Notes under the pieces: generated by a model
What the model was told of the DNA's origin: nothing
What the model saw: only the letters and a program-made list of their open reading frames with translations
Databases searched by the model: none
Position numbers and translations under genes: made by a program
Shown: positions 27,932-35,821 of the stretch, one piece after another
How the letters are laid out: each line of letters starts with the position of its first letter
How positions within the stretch are numbered: the stretch's first letter is position 1
Assembly (NCBI GenBank): GCA_016935835.1
Contig: JAFGQE010000024.1
Span: forward strand, 12,338 to 76,337
Reading direction: 5' to 3'
DNA length: 64,000 nt
Source: Clostridia bacterium
Lineage (GTDB): Bacteria; Bacillota; Clostridia; DUPQ01

Positions 27932-28504
27932 ATGGCTGAGAGAAGATACCTTACGGTTCCCAATTTTTTGTCGGTGTCAAGGGCGGTGTTCCTGCCTTTG
28001 CTGTATTTATTTGTACTCAACGGAATGGAAACAGCGTTTCTCATCGGATACATTCTATTGGGCTCAACCGATTTCTTCGACGGGCTTATTGCCAGGAGGT
28101 TCAACCAAAAAACCGAGATAGGCAAAGCCCTTGATTCAATCGCAGACCTTTTCTTCTATATTTCATCGGCATATTTTCTTTCCGTCCTTTATCCCGAGTA
28201 TCTGGTCCCGAACACGGTTTTGCTGGTTGTGTTTTTCTCGCTGCTTTTCCTGTCTTTCGTGGTTTCCGGTATATTGTGCAAAAAGCCCATAATGATGCAC
28301 ACAACCCTGCTTCGTCTTGGAGGAGTGCTTGTTTACGCTGCAATCATAATGTCATACTTCATTGATACATCCTGGTTCATAGCACTGGTTCTGATCAATT
28401 ACCTCGTTGCCTTTTCGGAGGAAATCCTGATATTCATAAAGCATGGGGAAGTTGATGCGGATACTACCTCGATATTCAGGATTATCCCAAAGACAAAAAC
28501 CTGA
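27932..28504 (+). CDS. CDP-alcohol phosphatidyltransferase family protein
   Basis: 'DFFDGLIARRFNQKTEIGKALDSIADL' matches D-G-x2-A-R-x8-G-x3-D-x3-D. Confidence 0.7.
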   Translation: MAERRYLTVPNFLSVSRAVFLPLLYLFVLNGMETAFLIGYILLGSTDFFDGLIARRFNQKTEIGKALDSIADLFFYISSAYFLSVLYPEYLVPNTVLLVVFFSLLFLSFVVSGILCKKPIMMHTTLLRLGGVLVYAAIIMSYFIDTSWFIALVLINYLVAFSEEILIFIKHGEVDADTTSIFRIIPKTKT

Positions 28505-28529
28505 TACATAAACAATGGTATCCGGCGCT

Positions 28530-29723
28530 TTAATCGGCGGCTTTTGCGCTTTTTATTTTTTCCAGGACCTGTATTCCCTTCAAATAGAACCTTGGCACAT
28601 GAAACGGGCCTTTCCAGACAGAGCCCTTTACCGATGAGGCCAGGCTTCCGTCCCTGTGCAGATAACCAAACCACTCGCCGTATTCCTCATCGTTGAACCT
28701 GGCGAACGACCAATCGTGAACCTTTTCATACCATTCGCTGTATTTTGGATTTCCCGTCGCATGAAAGGCCAGCAACAATGCGTATAAAGCCTCATTATGA
28801 GGCCACCACAGCTTCATGTCCCATTCAAGCGCATACGGGGGCTTTCCCTCCGAGTCAACAAAATAAAGCAATCCGCCGAATTCCCTGTCCCATCCAATTT
28901 CAAGCGAATCATCAAGTATGCCAAGCGCCGCTTCCTGTAATTCCATATTATTCTGTTCCATGGCCTCTTCGAGTATGAACCATGCGCTTTCAATGGCATG
29001 GCCCGGATTTACGCATCTCCCTTCAGGAATATGGCTCATATATTCACCAAAAGGCCCGGTATTCTCAAGCAGGCAGCCAAGCTCCGGCTTATAAAAGCTT
29101 TTTGTTATAAGCCTGCATGAATCATTGATTATCCCGGTGTAATCAAATGTGTCGTCAACGGCCCGCATGGTCTTGCAGAGGTCGATTATTATCATTGACG
29201 GGGAATGCGCCTTGAAGTTCATCATTTCACCCTGATATTTAGGGGGTATGGCTCCCGGGACATTGAATGCGTCATATACCGTGCGAAAGGATTTTTTGGC
29301 AAGCTCCAGTGCTTCTTCATCTTCGGTGGCACGGTAATATTCGGCAAACCCCGCGGCCGCAAAAACATCTGAAAACACATATCGCCTCTTCATCACAGGA
29401 TTTCCTTCGCGATTCATCCTGAAGAACATCCTTCCGTCCGAGTCCTTGCAGTAATTTTTCAGAAACCGATAGCCCTGCACTGCGGCCTCAAGGTATTCGT
29501 CATTTTTTCCGAACTCATTGAACAGGCGCGAGAATGTCCAGACTCCCCGCCCCTGCATCCACACCGGCTTATCAGTGCTAATGATCTTCCCGTCCCTGTC
29601 GAGCCATGTCATGTATCCGCCGTATTCATGGTCGATTGCGTTATTAATCCAAAACGGCATGACCTTGTCAAACAAATCCCTTTTATAAAGGGCAGTCAGA
29701 TTCTTTGCATTCAATGTTTTCAT
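28530..29723 (-). CDS. N-acylglucosamine 2-epimerase (AGE) superfamily protein (GlcNAc 2-epimerase / cellobiose- or mannobiose-2-epimerase-like)
   Basis: 397 aa (alpha/alpha)6-barrel signature with 'WMQGRGVW' and 'HNEALYALL'. RBS AGGGGGTG. Confidence 0.65.
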   Translation of the reverse strand: MKTLNAKNLTALYKRDLFDKVMPFWINNAIDHEYGGYMTWLDRDGKIISTDKPVWMQGRGVWTFSRLFNEFGKNDEYLEAAVQGYRFLKNYCKDSDGRMFFRMNREGNPVMKRRYVFSDVFAAAGFAEYYRATEDEEALELAKKSFRTVYDAFNVPGAIPPKYQGEMMNFKAHSPSMIIIDLCKTMRAVDDTFDYTGIINDSCRLITKSFYKPELGCLLENTGPFGEYMSHIPEGRCVNPGHAIESAWFILEEAMEQNNMELQEAALGILDDSLEIGWDREFGGLLYFVDSEGKPPYALEWDMKLWWPHNEALYALLLAFHATGNPKYSEWYEKVHDWSFARFNDEEYGEWFGYLHRDGSLASSVKGSVWKGPFHVPRFYLKGIQVLEKIKSAKAAD

Positions 29724-29824
29724 ACGGCACCCCCTGGTTTATAGAATGATTATACAACAAAGCCTGCCATGGGTTTGACCGCGCAGCATAAAAATATGAA
29801 TATTATCATCATGGTTGATATTCT

Positions 29825-31018
29825 TCAGCCAAGGGCTGCCTTGAATTCCTTTATCAACAGAGGCAGGATTTCCATTGCATCGCCGACTATGCCAAAGGTG
29901 GCAACCTTGAAGATGGGAGCGTCGGGATTCTTGTTAATGGCGACTATGATGTCAGATGATGACATACCCGCAAGATGCTGCACGGCCCCGGAAATTCCAC
30001 AGGCAAAATAAACATGGGGTCCGACGGTCTGCCCCGTCTGTCCGACCTGGTGGTTGTATTCTATCCAGCCCGCATCCACGGTAGCCCTTGATGCCCCCAC
30101 CGCACCGCCCAGCACTTCGGCGAGCTCGTTTATCAATTTGAAATTCTCAGGGGCCCCGAGTCCCCTTCCTCCCGAAACTATGACATCGGCTTCCGCCAGC
30201 GAAACCATTTCAAATATCGTCTTTACAACTTCCCTGACCTTGACCGATGTCTCCCGGGGGATACTGACCTCCGGCCTTGTCACGAGGCCCTTCCTGCTGT
30301 AGTCAGGTTCGAGCGGCTTCATTACCTTGTGCCTGACGGTTGCCATCTGGGGCCTGTGGTTGGGGCATATTATGGTTGCCATCAGATTGCCGCCGAACGC
30401 CGGCCTGGTCTGAAGAAGCTTGCCGTCCGCCGGGTCTATCTCAAGCCTTGTGCAATCCGCAGTCAGGCCTGTGTTTATTCTTGACGCTATCCTTGGTGCA
30501 AGAGATCTTCCATATGTAGTCGCCCCCATAAGAAGTATCTCCGGCCTTCCTTTTCTTATCATCTGCACAAATATGTCCGAATAGGATTCATCATTATACA
30601 CTGCAAGTGACCCGTCCTCGACTGCCATTACTTCATCCGCCCCGTATGCTATGAGCTTTTCACATGCATCCGAAAGCTTGTCGCCGATGACCACCGCAGT
30701 CAGCCGCGTTTTCCTGTCGTCGGCCAGTTTCCTGCCGGCTCCGAGCAATTCGTATGAAATGGGCTCGGGCACCCCGTTCTTTTGTTCTGCAAAAATCCAA
30801 ACCCCGCTGTATTTTGTTATGTCAACAGCATTTGATACCGGCCCTTTTTCATAATCAATCGCATTGAATTTGCATGCGGGCACACATATTCCGCACAAAG
30901 TGCAGTTATCAAGTATCACCGCTTTTCGTCCGTCCATCCTGATTGCCCCGAAAGGGCATGCCTTGACACATAGCCTGCATCCTATGCAGCTTTCTTCGAT
31001 TATTCTTATTCCTGACAT
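29825..31018 (-). CDS. etfA: electron transfer flavoprotein alpha subunit with an N-terminal 2x[4Fe-4S] ferredoxin domain (CarE/FixB-like)
   Basis: N-terminal 'CIGCRLCVKACP...CTLCGICVPACK', then the EtfA fold and FAD-binding C-terminus. RBS GGGAG. Confidence 0.8.
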   Translation of the reverse strand: MSGIRIIEESCIGCRLCVKACPFGAIRMDGRKAVILDNCTLCGICVPACKFNAIDYEKGPVSNAVDITKYSGVWIFAEQKNGVPEPISYELLGAGRKLADDRKTRLTAVVIGDKLSDACEKLIAYGADEVMAVEDGSLAVYNDESYSDIFVQMIRKGRPEILLMGATTYGRSLAPRIASRINTGLTADCTRLEIDPADGKLLQTRPAFGGNLMATIICPNHRPQMATVRHKVMKPLEPDYSRKGLVTRPEVSIPRETSVKVREVVKTIFEMVSLAEADVIVSGGRGLGAPENFKLINELAEVLGGAVGASRATVDAGWIEYNHQVGQTGQTVGPHVYFACGISGAVQHLAGMSSSDIIVAINKNPDAPIFKVATFGIVGDAMEILPLLIKEFKAALG

Positions 31019-31030
31019 TTGTATCTCCCG

Positions 31031-31825
31031 TTATTTGACTGTCATGAATTTCATTGACAGCAATTTTTCCGCCAGCCGTTTTACCTGTTCCCCGGGGGTT
31101 CCCTCTATCATTTCGCTATTGACATCATGCACCGGCACAAATGTTTCAACCACCTGTGTCGGCGAGCCCTTAAGACCGCACAAATCCTTGTCCGCCCCTA
31201 TATCGTCGGCCGTCATTATCCTGATTTCCGCTTTTTTCGCCTTCATCATTCCCTTGAGAGAGGGAAGCCTTGGTTCATTTATTTCCTTGACAACCGTAAT
31301 GACCGCAGGCAGCGGCATCTCTATAACCTCATACCCGTCCTCGGTCATCCGCTGGCACCTTATATAGCCTTTGCGGATTTCCTCTATTTTCCTGACATAT
31401 GTCGTATGGGGTATGCCAAGTTTTTCGGCAAGTCCCGGGCCCACCTGGGCGGTATCCCCGTCCATTGCCTGCTTGCCGCAAATGACCAGGTCGAAATCGC
31501 CGATTTTGTTTATCCCCTTTGACAGGGCATATGAAGTCGCCAATGAATCGGAGCCTGCAAAAGCCCTGTCGCTGAGCAAAACCGCCTCATCTATGCCAAC
31601 CGCAATAGTTTGCCTGAGCAGCTCAGCGACGCTGGGGATTCCCATGCTTATGACCGTGGCCTTGCCGCCTGTCTGTTCCTTGATCCTGACACCTTCCTCA
31701 ACGGCATATGTATCAAAGGGATTTATTATCGCTTCCGCTCCTTCGCGTATTATCGTATTTGTTTCCTTGTTCATCTTTACTTCATTGGTTCCGGGAACCT
31801 GCTTCACGCAGACTATTACATTCAT
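31031..31825 (-). CDS. etfB: electron transfer flavoprotein beta subunit
   Basis: 'MNVIVCVKQVPGT...' EtfB N-terminus. RBS AAAGGAG. Confidence 0.8.
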   Translation of the reverse strand: MNVIVCVKQVPGTNEVKMNKETNTIIREGAEAIINPFDTYAVEEGVRIKEQTGGKATVISMGIPSVAELLRQTIAVGIDEAVLLSDRAFAGSDSLATSYALSKGINKIGDFDLVICGKQAMDGDTAQVGPGLAEKLGIPHTTYVRKIEEIRKGYIRCQRMTEDGYEVIEMPLPAVITVVKEINEPRLPSLKGMMKAKKAEIRIMTADDIGADKDLCGLKGSPTQVVETFVPVHDVNSEMIEGTPGEQVKRLAEKLLSMKFMTVK

Positions 31826-31843
31826 CTTTGCTCCTTTGCCATC

Positions 31844-33001
31844 CTATTTAGAAACCTTCTGGCTCTTAATCAATTCAAGCGCGATTACATTTCTCTGAAT
31901 CTGGTTCGTGCCTTCGTAAATCTGTGTTATCTTGGCGTCCCTCATCATTTTCTCAACGGGATATTCCTTCATGTACCCATATCCGCCCATTACCTGAACG
32001 GCGTCGACCGTGACCTTCATCGCCGTATCTGATGCAAAGACCTTTGATATCGCCGATTCCTTCGATATGGATTTTGCACCGCCGTCAATGTGCCTGCAGG
32101 TCTGATATACAAGGCACCTTGCGGCTTCTATCTGAATAGCCATGTCGGCAAGCATGTGCTGTATGGCCTGGAAGGATGATATCGGTTTGTCAAACTGAAC
32201 GCGCTCGCCGGAGTATTTAAGCGCCTCGTCAAAAGCCCCCTGTGCAATTCCCAGTGCTTGCGAGGCAACGCCCGGCCGTGTCCTGTCCAGCGTCTTCATT
32301 GCAACCAGGAATCCCATTCCTTCCCTTGCAAGAAGATTTTCCCTTGGAATCCTGCAGTCTTCAAAGACAAGCTCGCTGGTTACGGACGCCCTGATTCCCA
32401 TCTTGTTTTCCTTTTTGCCAAAGGAAAACCCAGGCGTGCCCTTTTCAACTATGAATGCGCTGAAGCCCCTTGCACCCTTGGATCTGTCGGTGCACGCTAT
32501 TACTGTATATACCTCGGCCTCTCCCCCGTTTGTTATCCATTGCTTGGTGCCGTTAAGGATATATTCATCCCCGTCGGCCTTTGCAGTTGTTTGTATCCCC
32601 GCGGCATCGCTGCCCGCGTTTGCCTCGGTGAGCCCGAATGCGGCAAGCTTCTTGCCTTGGGCTATGTCGGGCAGATATTTTGCCTTCTGTTCCTCTGTTC
32701 CGAAAAGTATTATCGGGTATGTACCCAGGCCGGTTCCTGCATATGCAAGCGCTATTCCCCCGCAAGCCCGGCTCAACTCCTCTACGACCAGCGCCATTTC
32801 AAAAATTCCACCCCCGAAACCGCCGTACTCCTCAGGTATGTATACTCCGAAAAGGTCGGAGTCGGCAAGCACCTTCACTATATCCCTTGGGAAAATTCCC
32901 TCTTCGTCGTATTTCAATGCCACCGGTTTTATCTTTTCGTCGGCGATCTTTGCAGCCAGGTCTTTTATCATCTGCTGTTCTTCGGTTAAAAAATAATTCA
33001 T
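31844..33001 (-). CDS. bcd: acyl-CoA dehydrogenase (butyryl-CoA dehydrogenase / CarC-like)
   Basis: 385 aa with the acyl-CoA dehydrogenase signatures 'GLTEANAGSD' and 'QWITNG', and a C-terminal catalytic Glu region. RBS GGGAGAG. Confidence 0.8.
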   Translation of the reverse strand: MNYFLTEEQQMIKDLAAKIADEKIKPVALKYDEEGIFPRDIVKVLADSDLFGVYIPEEYGGFGGGIFEMALVVEELSRACGGIALAYAGTGLGTYPIILFGTEEQKAKYLPDIAQGKKLAAFGLTEANAGSDAAGIQTTAKADGDEYILNGTKQWITNGGEAEVYTVIACTDRSKGARGFSAFIVEKGTPGFSFGKKENKMGIRASVTSELVFEDCRIPRENLLAREGMGFLVAMKTLDRTRPGVASQALGIAQGAFDEALKYSGERVQFDKPISSFQAIQHMLADMAIQIEAARCLVYQTCRHIDGGAKSISKESAISKVFASDTAMKVTVDAVQVMGGYGYMKEYPVEKMMRDAKITQIYEGTNQIQRNVIALELIKSQKVSK

Positions 33002-33082
33002 ATGTTCTCTCCCATAAGTTATCCTGCCACGGCAGTATTTATCAGTTGATATTATTATCAGGTAACAACTTAGCTGTTCTAT

Positions 33083-33111
33083 ATTATATATTAGGGAATG
33101 CTGAATAACAA
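33083..33111 (-). promoter_or_regulatory. sigma-A-type promoter of the bcd-etfBA operon (TTGTTA-N17-TATAAT on the minus strand)
   Basis: -35 is the complement of 33106-33111 and -10 is the complement of 33083-33088. The predicted leader to the ATG at 33001 is about 75 nt. Confidence 0.5.
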
Positions 33112-33610
33112 GGGATTTTAGATATTCAGCACCGGCGGCAGCCGGATGGATTGAAAACAGTTAATATTACGGCTTTTCAATCCATTTCCCTAATATCCGG
33201 CGAACCGAATAAGGCAAAGCAAGGTCTTAAGGCCTGTGAAGGCGCAGGGTTTTTACACATATATTAAGAAAAGCCTGTGCCTGAACCGCTTGAAAATGCA
33301 AAGCAAGATTATAGGCAGGGCATTTTCAAGTTATTCGGCAAGCCCTATATCGGGAATGCGAAATAACAAGGGATTTTAGATATTCAGCACCGGCGGCAGC
33401 CGGATGGATTGAAAACATTTGGTATTACGGCTTTTCAATCCATTTCCCTAATATCCGGCGAACCGAATAAGGCAAAGCAAGGTCTTAAGGCCTATGAAGG
33501 TACAGGGCTTTTACATATATATTAAGAAAAGCCCGCGCCTGAACCGATTGAAAATGTTAAGCCGGAATGCAAGCAAAGTATTTTCAAGTTATTCGGCAAG
33601 CCCTATATAA
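33094..33610. repeat. tandem direct repeat: two copies (~33106-33363 and ~33364-33621), period 258 bp, about 90% identical. Each copy has about five internal hairpins / inverted repeats.
   Basis: The copies align directly. The arms are GCTGAATA/TATTCAGC, CCGGC/GCCGG, ATGGATTGAAAA/TTTTCAATCCAT, GGGCTTTT/AAAAGCCC and CTTGAAAATGC/GCATTTTCAAG. Confidence 0.85.
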
Positions 33611-33708
33611 ACCATGCGCAAAGCACAAGATTAAAATATTCCACTGATAATCCTAATCTTTTTGATGATTTCCTGTTATTGCTTTTCAATCCAACGGCTG
33701 ATGTCCAT

Positions 33709-33741
33709 AAAAAAATGGATCCGTTCCATGAACGGATCCAT
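33709..33741 (-). terminator. rho-independent terminator of the subtilisin gene
   Basis: ATGGATCCGTTC-cat-GAACGGATCCAT. A 12-bp stem is followed on the minus strand by T7. Confidence 0.8.
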
Positions 33742-33754
33742 CTGATAAAATTTT

Positions 33755-34924
33755 CTATGGTGCAAGAAGCATGGCCGGGACATCTACCAGTCCATAACCG
33801 TAAGATGTGTCGTATCCAAGCGCCCCCAAATCCTCTACCGTTTCGGTGATTATACCATATACATCCTCTGGTATAAGCGCACCGTTGGTTGTCAGGAGCA
33901 CCGCCACCGCGCCGGTCACATGGGGAGCCGCCATTGAGGTTCCGCTCATGTATGCATAAACGCCGCCTTTGTAAGTCGAATAAATGTAACCACCCGGGGC
34001 CGCAACATCCACCTCGGGTCCGATTGAGGAAAACGATGAAATCGTGTCATTGCTGTCAATGGATGATACCGCGATGACCTGTGGATATGCCGCGGGATAA
34101 CCGACGCTTCCGCCATAGCTGTTGCCGGCCGAAGCCACCAAAACGATTCCCGCATTGTAAGCTTTTACCACCGCTTCTTCCAAAGATGAGCTCCCCGCTC
34201 CCCCGAGGCTCATGTTTATGACATCCATGCCGTTCGCTATCGCCCATTCGATTCCTGCGATTACCGTGGATATCGTTCCGCTTCCCCTTCTGTCAAGTAC
34301 TTTCACGGCATAAAGGTTCAACGTGGGACCCACGCCCACAACACCAAAGTCATTGTCGACCGCCGCAATGATTCCTGCGACATGCGTTCCGTGGCCGTTG
34401 TCATCGTCGGCTGTCTTTCTCGGTGAAATAAGGTTGTATCCGCCCTTGATGTTTGCAGCAAGGTCCGGATGGTCGAGGTCTATCCCGGTGTCAATAACAG
34501 CCACCTTCACCCCGGTGTTAACAACCTGCTCCCATACCTCATCAGCTCCTATCCTGTCCACTCCCCACGGCAGCACCTCGCTTGGCGCCGGCGGCGGGGT
34601 TTCGGTGGGTACCGGAACCGGTTTCTTGTCCATCGTCACAATAGAGTCGTTTTCGATGCGCTTGATATTTTTTTCCGTCGCCAGCCTTTTCAATGCCGCG
34701 TCCGGCAGATAAGCGGAGACGGCGTTGATTATGGAAAGATGCCTTTCAACGGTACCCCCCGCGGCATTTACGAGCGCATCCATTTCATCCTCATCCGAGA
34801 AGCTCTCCTCGAATACTATTATTTTTTTATTGTTGTTTGCCGCAGATGAAGGATGCGAATATGCGTTTGAAAATACCAGCGCCAAAACCATTATGATTAC
34901 CAGTAATAATTTCAGCTTTTTCAT
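33755..34924 (-). CDS. secreted subtilisin-like serine protease (peptidase S8) with an N-terminal inhibitor (I9) propeptide
   Basis: Signal peptide, then catalytic-triad motifs 'DTGID', 'HGTHVAG' and 'GTSMAAPHV'. RBS GGGGGAGG. Confidence 0.85.
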   Translation of the reverse strand: MKKLKLLLVIIMVLALVFSNAYSHPSSAANNNKKIIVFEESFSDEDEMDALVNAAGGTVERHLSIINAVSAYLPDAALKRLATEKNIKRIENDSIVTMDKKPVPVPTETPPPAPSEVLPWGVDRIGADEVWEQVVNTGVKVAVIDTGIDLDHPDLAANIKGGYNLISPRKTADDDNGHGTHVAGIIAAVDNDFGVVGVGPTLNLYAVKVLDRRGSGTISTVIAGIEWAIANGMDVINMSLGGAGSSSLEEAVVKAYNAGIVLVASAGNSYGGSVGYPAAYPQVIAVSSIDSNDTISSFSSIGPEVDVAAPGGYIYSTYKGGVYAYMSGTSMAAPHVTGAVAVLLTTNGALIPEDVYGIITETVEDLGALGYDTSYGYGLVDVPAMLLAP

Positions 34925-34985
34925 TTTTATCCTCCCCCACTCCCATGGCTTTGAAAGCCGAGGGAATACGCCTTCCGGCGCAACT

Positions 34986-35120
34986 TTATTTATTTTTTTC
35001 CTCTTTATTTTCTTCTTCCTTTGCTTTTTCTGCCTCAGTTCCCTTGTCCTTCTTGACTTTTGCCTGCTCTTTCTTCTTCTGTATCCTATCCCATCTGTTT
35101 TCCTGGAATATGTTCTTCAT
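34986..35120 (-). CDS. small (44 aa) Lys/Glu-rich hypothetical protein, MKNIFQENRWDRIQKKKEQAKVKKDKGTEAEKAKEEENKEEKNK
   Basis: Not in the ORF track (below 60 aa). An RBS GGGGTG lies 8 nt upstream. Its own promoter is TTGTAT-N17-TATAAT (complement of 35152-35180). Confidence 0.45.
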   Translation of the reverse strand: MKNIFQENRWDRIQKKKEQAKVKKDKGTEAEKAKEEENKEEKNK

Positions 35121-35200
35121 TTATATTCACCCCTATATAATTTATATGCATATTATACTCCCAATTTAGCCTGTATACAAAATCGGGAATGAACGGAAAT

Positions 35201-35821
35201 TTATAAATCTGTCAGAATTACCCGCGCAGGAGCTCCGTCACCCCCCTTTATTTTAAGCGGAAGGGCATGCATCATATAAGTGCCCCCGGGAACATCCCTG
35301 AGCCTGAGTCCCTCAATGATTATGCAGCCTGCGTTCATCAGTGCAAGATGCGTTTCGTGCCCCGGCTGTCCCCTTTCAATTCCCAGCGCGTCTATTCCAA
35401 CCCCGGGCACTCTTTTTTCAGCCAGGAAATCAGCGCCGCTTTTCTCCAGATATACGAAGTTGCCGTCGAATTCATCAGTAAACGAATTCCGGGTCTTCAT
35501 TATTACAAAATCATCCGGGTCAATCCTTTCCTTTAGCAGCCTGGCGGCGGTTATGCCATCCTCCACGTCAGTCAGGTCGATGACCACGGCCCTGGAAATC
35601 AGCTTTGCCAGGTCGACCGATTCGATGGTTGCGCCGTTCTTGAGCATATGAAAAGGTGCATCAATATGGGTTCCGGTATGCAAACCGATCGTCATCTTTG
35701 ATTCATTTATGCCCTTTTCCCCAAACTCATGAATCATCTCTTTTTTCAGCCTTTTTGAGTCACTATTATTATAAGCCATCATGTTTTCATGAATTTCCAT
35801 TGATATATCATATATTCTCAT
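35201..35821 (-). CDS. cyclase family protein (kynurenine formamidase-like)
   Basis: 'HTGTHIDAPFH' metal-binding motif of the cyclase family (PF04199). An RBS AGGAGGG precedes the ATG at 35821, and this start overlaps the zwf stop by 14 nt. Confidence 0.7.
   Translation of the reverse strand: MRIYDISMEIHENMMAYNNSDSKRLKKEMIHEFGEKGINESKMTIGLHTGTHIDAPFHMLKNGATIESVDLAKLISRAVVIDLTDVEDGITAARLLKERIDPDDFVIMKTRNSFTDEFDGNFVYLEKSGADFLAEKRVPGVGIDALGIERGQPGHETHLALMNAGCIIIEGLRLRDVPGGTYMMHALPLKIKGGDGAPARVILTDL

Noticed and set aside
33094-33610. Possibility that the 258-bp tandem repeats are a CRISPR array or an IS element
   Set aside because: The period (258 bp) is far too long for CRISPR. There is no spacer/repeat alternation, no transposase ORF, no terminal inverted repeats, and only two copies.
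35118-35200. Whether the small Lys/Glu-rich ORF is instead part of an extended cyclase or subtilisin gene
   Set aside because: The cyclase gene has a clear stop at 35201, and the subtilisin has its own RBS and start at 34924. The small ORF is in a separate frame with an independent promoter and RBS.
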